From Cyanidioschyzon merolae (lineage: Eukaryota), in NCBI GenBank assembly GCA_000091205.1, contig AP006484.2: a stretch of 64,000 bases of DNA, one strand, 5' to 3'. Of this stretch, positions 61,259 through 64,000 are shown piece by piece. Each line of letters begins with the position of its first letter. The first letter of the stretch is position 1. The notes under the pieces are model-generated. The model searched no databases and had not been told where the DNA came from. It saw only the letters and a list, made by a program, of their open reading frames with translations. The position numbers and the translations under genes were made by a program.

Positions 61259-62406
61259 AGACGTGAACAAGCATCGGACCATTGGATGAATGCAGACTGC
61301 CGACGACGCAAAGCGCCGCTCCGATCCAACAAATGCGTCGAATTGGTTCCAACATAGTCTCTTTCAAGAGAAGGATGCAGCCAATGACGACCACACGTCT
61401 GACAACGTAGATCAGCACGCTGCAAGGCCCTTCGATTTCTCTCTGCGTGGGCGTATCGCCCGAGCACCACGAGCAAGTCCCAAAGGCCAAATGCAGGCCA
61501 CATGGCGTCCACGAATTCGAGTTGCGCCTCTCGCCCACAAGTCTCACACGCCGACAGTTGCCAGAGCAAAAAGTCAGATAAGCGCGGTTCTGCAGACGTT
61601 CGCACAAGTAAATCCACCTGTGCTGAATATGCGCGTTCAAGGGCATTATTCCAGGCGGGGTCCGAATTCCACATCAGGGCACTGAAAAGCGTCGCATCCA
61701 CGTCCACGGGCCGAAGCATCTCTTTTCGAATACCGCATCGTACCTGCTCCATCACCTTTTCCATCTCTTCACGACCACTGTATGCGACACAAATGTTGAG
61801 CAGGCAGCGATTTTCCGCTCCAAGACGACTCGTGACCACTTCGTCATCAAATGCGTTGATCTCTTCCGCCAGACAACGAACGCGTACGGGTAACATGGAC
61901 AGTGCGCCAACAATTCGAATACGCACACCATGCTGATGCAGCAGCTTTCCCAGCCGCTGGGTGTCTACATCAACGGGAGCAGACTCGAGGACCTCCCCAC
62001 GCAGCGCCCGCAGAATGAGCTCGAACCGACTCTCCGCCAGCGCCATCAAAGCTGCGACCTCGTCCTCCGAGCGCTTAAAGTTTTCAACTGCAAAAGCGAA
62101 CACGCTCACATACTGGATGCCAGCGTCGAAACACCACTGCGCTGTTTGAATCAGTTTCGAAGAGCCACGCGGGTGACCGGCATACGGCTCCAGGCGGTGT
62201 TGCCGTGCCCAGCGGCGGTTGCCGTCCATAATGAACGCCACGTGACGTGGTAGGTATGCGCTTAGTAAACCGAAAAGTTGGCGGCGCATCCAGTCCATTG
62301 TATACCGCACGCTGTTTTCAGAAAACGAAGGCAAAGCTAGCCAGTGTTCCCGGTGCCTGCAGTGCTTGAGAGTGGGTGCTTCTCGCACCGCTTCTGAAGC
62401 AGACAA
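60862..62406 (-). CDS. cis-Prenyltransferase (dehydrodolichyl-diphosphate synthase, DHDDS/Rer2/UPPS family); the probable start is Met37 at 62298; the ORF runs on for roughly 190 aa past the catalytic domain into duplication copy B
   Basis: 'HVAFIMDGNRRWARQHRL...GHPRGSSKLIQTAQWCFDAGIQYVSVFAFAVENFKRSEDEV' matches the UPPS/DHDDS signature (IAFIMDGNRRYA...AFSIENFKRS). '...RTSAEPRLSDFLLWQLS' matches 'RTSGEVRLSDFLLWQTS'. The C-terminal tail (aa about 385-514) lies in 60862-61258 inside the duplicated segment. Confidence 0.8.
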   Translation of the reverse strand: MSASEAVREAPTLKHCRHREHWLALPSFSENSVRYTMDWMRRQLFGLLSAYLPRHVAFIMDGNRRWARQHRLEPYAGHPRGSSKLIQTAQWCFDAGIQYVSVFAFAVENFKRSEDEVAALMALAESRFELILRALRGEVLESAPVDVDTQRLGKLLHQHGVRIRIVGALSMLPVRVRCLAEEINAFDDEVVTSRLGAENRCLLNICVAYSGREEMEKVMEQVRCGIRKEMLRPVDVDATLFSALMWNSDPAWNNALERAYSAQVDLLVRTSAEPRLSDFLLWQLSACETCGREAQLEFVDAMWPAFGLWDLLVVLGRYAHAERNRRALQRADLRCQTCGRHWLHPSLERDYVGTNSTHLLDRSGALRRRQSAFIQWSDACSRLERKEFLARSQYRDGAGDLQLPRTPISAPCPSESAGPGPTCWSSAPAALRFLSAAQSHRVSEIGNDSDCACSRRSSEPCSERDAREQSTVRHIPTPSPAPECHLVTPQHVERMPRSFAPICRCLPDACTQDT

Positions 62407-63754
62407 GGGCGAAAGTCAACCGGGAAAAGAGCGACAGCAGTTGCTCCGGAGCAAGTTGAGTTCCCGATGCTACCGATCACAAGCGGTGAGTGTTCACAGC
62501 GACCTGGGACTGGCAGTGGAAGCGAACGCCTCGCACTGCAGAGAAAGCACTGGCTGAGCTGATGGCGAACAAACGGCGCTTCTGAACGCGTTGTTGTCAA
62601 TGTCGAGTACCGGTTTGCAGGCGAAACGCGAAGAGGTCTACGTTGCTGTGGAGCAGGAGCTGCTTCTTCTCGTTTCGTACATGGTTTAGCGTGCATTGCA
62701 AGTGAATGGACCGATGGGTTTCCGTGAAGGACTCAAAAGCGTGACTGTTCCTTGGTTGCGAGCGTGCCAAGCGCGTAGGGAGGTTTCTGGGCCCCGTTCC
62801 CGCCTTGGGGTGCTGTTTCAGGATCGGGTTACCTTCGCTTGAAAGCGACAATTCGCCAGTTGTAGATGATTTTTGAAGATTTATAAGCACGACATCCATT
62901 AAACATCTTGTTGACAATATGTTCGTGAACAAGGAAACTCGATGAACGTTTTGTGACCGGCGGCGCTACCGTCGTTGCACTGGTGTCGGCAAGTACTCAG
63001 TCTGCGGTGGACAGGCGCGAACTGGCCCCGCACAAGCCTATGACAACGACATCGTCCGATACCACGACCTTCAAGTCACAGGAACGGCGATCGGCACCAG
63101 TACTTCTCGTGCAGCCTGGCTGCGCTTAGACCGACGAAGAGTCCCGGCCCGGTGCATCCCGCCTGTAGCCTACACTCATGGAGACTCTGCAAACGTTCTC
63201 TGTCGCTGTGCGACAACTGCAACACAGACGTATCACCCGAGGTCGCATGGAGCGGCTGAGGCTCGCCCAGCAACCCCGAGAAGGTCGCTGGATCGACCGA
63301 CTCTGTTTTCATCGATGAAGGCGTGCTCTGCAACAAGTATGGTACGCAGAGGAGTACCTGGGTGGACTCGAGTCTCTTTCGTGTCCTCTACTGGCACTTG
63401 CGTATTGAGAAATACCCTGATGAGGATCATTGCTTTAAAATTCTAAAAGATTGCTCCGCCATCGCTTCTCCTCCTCCTCATCGTCCTCTTCCTCGTGGAA
63501 AGCATGCAGTGCGATGACGGTGCACAGACGCGTATCTGGACGCACTGACGTCTCTATTAAGTCCTCTGCTGGCATCTACGTATTCAGCAACACCCTCTTT
63601 AGGTTCCTTGATGTCGCAACATCATCATCAATGTCCTCTAGTGCGGGGCTAACGCTCAAAATGGACGAGCAGCGAGCCGCTCCCCCTGGATCGCTGCGGC
63701 ACCAGGACAGGCCAGTACACCACACAGACCCGTTCATAACACACGACACGACTT

Positions 63755-63775
63755 CACACACACACACACACACAC
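63755..63775. repeat. (CA)n dinucleotide microsatellite of about 10 units
   Basis: 'cacacacacacacacacacac' read directly. Confidence 0.9.
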
Positions 63776-64000
63776 GTGTTGTGTGCTGGTGACACACCGG
63801 ACCTCGGAAGCGAGCCAGAGCGCTGCAGAGAACACTGAACTGATACACGCTGCTGTTCGGGTGTTTTCGTGTTGAGAACGGTGTGCGAGTGGAGTAACGC
63901 TACTGCGTCGTGACGTGGTCCAGTGCGACGCTGGACCGAACGTTAGCTCGATTGCTTCGCTCGTTGTGGCAGGAGCCTCTGCACGAGGCGTTTCATCAAC

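Noticed and set aside
1-64000. tRNA, rRNA or snRNA genes
   Set aside because: Scanning for T-loop-like GGTTCGAATCC / GTTCGATTC motifs with flanking acceptor-stem complementarity found nothing convincing. The nearest strings, at 9331, 21381 and 6461, lack cloverleaf context. Absence was not established computationally; tRNAscan-SE and Infernal should be run.

Overview
This window looks like compact, intron-poor eukaryotic nuclear DNA. The genic stretches are GC-rich and codon third positions are heavily G/C. About 18 long uninterrupted ORFs alternate between strands at roughly one gene per 3.5 kb. Many of the encoded proteins carry polyQ, polyN, Ser/Ala/Arg-rich or other low-complexity inserts. 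No prokaryotic-style system (operon, CRISPR, defence island) is present, and the organism cannot be named from sequence alone; a stramenopile/oomycete-, alveolate-, red-alga- or fungus-like compact genome is possible.

Genes recognised by conserved motifs:
- an LDAH-type alpha/beta hydrolase carried on a long low-complexity N-terminal region
- a J-domain protein
- a TXNDC9/phosducin-like-3 thioredoxin-fold protein
- Mps1/TTK kinase
- a Sec14/CRAL-TRIO protein
- a GLFG Nup98/Nup116-type nucleoporin that stops at its autoproteolytic domain with no Nup96 moiety
- a NudC/CS-domain protein
- the small (A) subunit of a split ATP-citrate lyase
- a two-module AAA+ ATPase with unusual Walker B motifs
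- a Par14/PIN4 parvulin
- a RagC/Gtr2-like GTPase with long extensions
- TRM61 tRNA m1A58 methyltransferase
- a cis-prenyltransferase (dehydrodolichyl-PP synthase)
- several large hypothetical proteins

The non-genic structure is the most notable part:
- A roughly 1.5-kb dispersed repeat family, here called R, occurs four times. Two long copies at about 10.4-11.9 kb and 25.6-27.1 kb lie in inverted orientation, each immediately upstream of a gene, and bracket a 13.7-kb five-gene block. Fragments lie at 1-150 and 7.15-7.45 kb.
- A 1.9-kb segment is duplicated at about 98-99% identity in direct orientation at 20.16-22.11 kb and 59.38-61.26 kb, flanking 37 kb of essential-looking genes. The second copy supplies the C-terminal tail of the cis-prenyltransferase ORF.
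- An AT-richer island at 7.0-12.1 kb holds a 547-aa K/E-rich ORF that may derive from a PIF/Harbinger-like transposase.
- A 21-copy 43-bp minisatellite occupies the start of the window.
- Several coding trinucleotide arrays and one 9-bp (RSP)n array are present.
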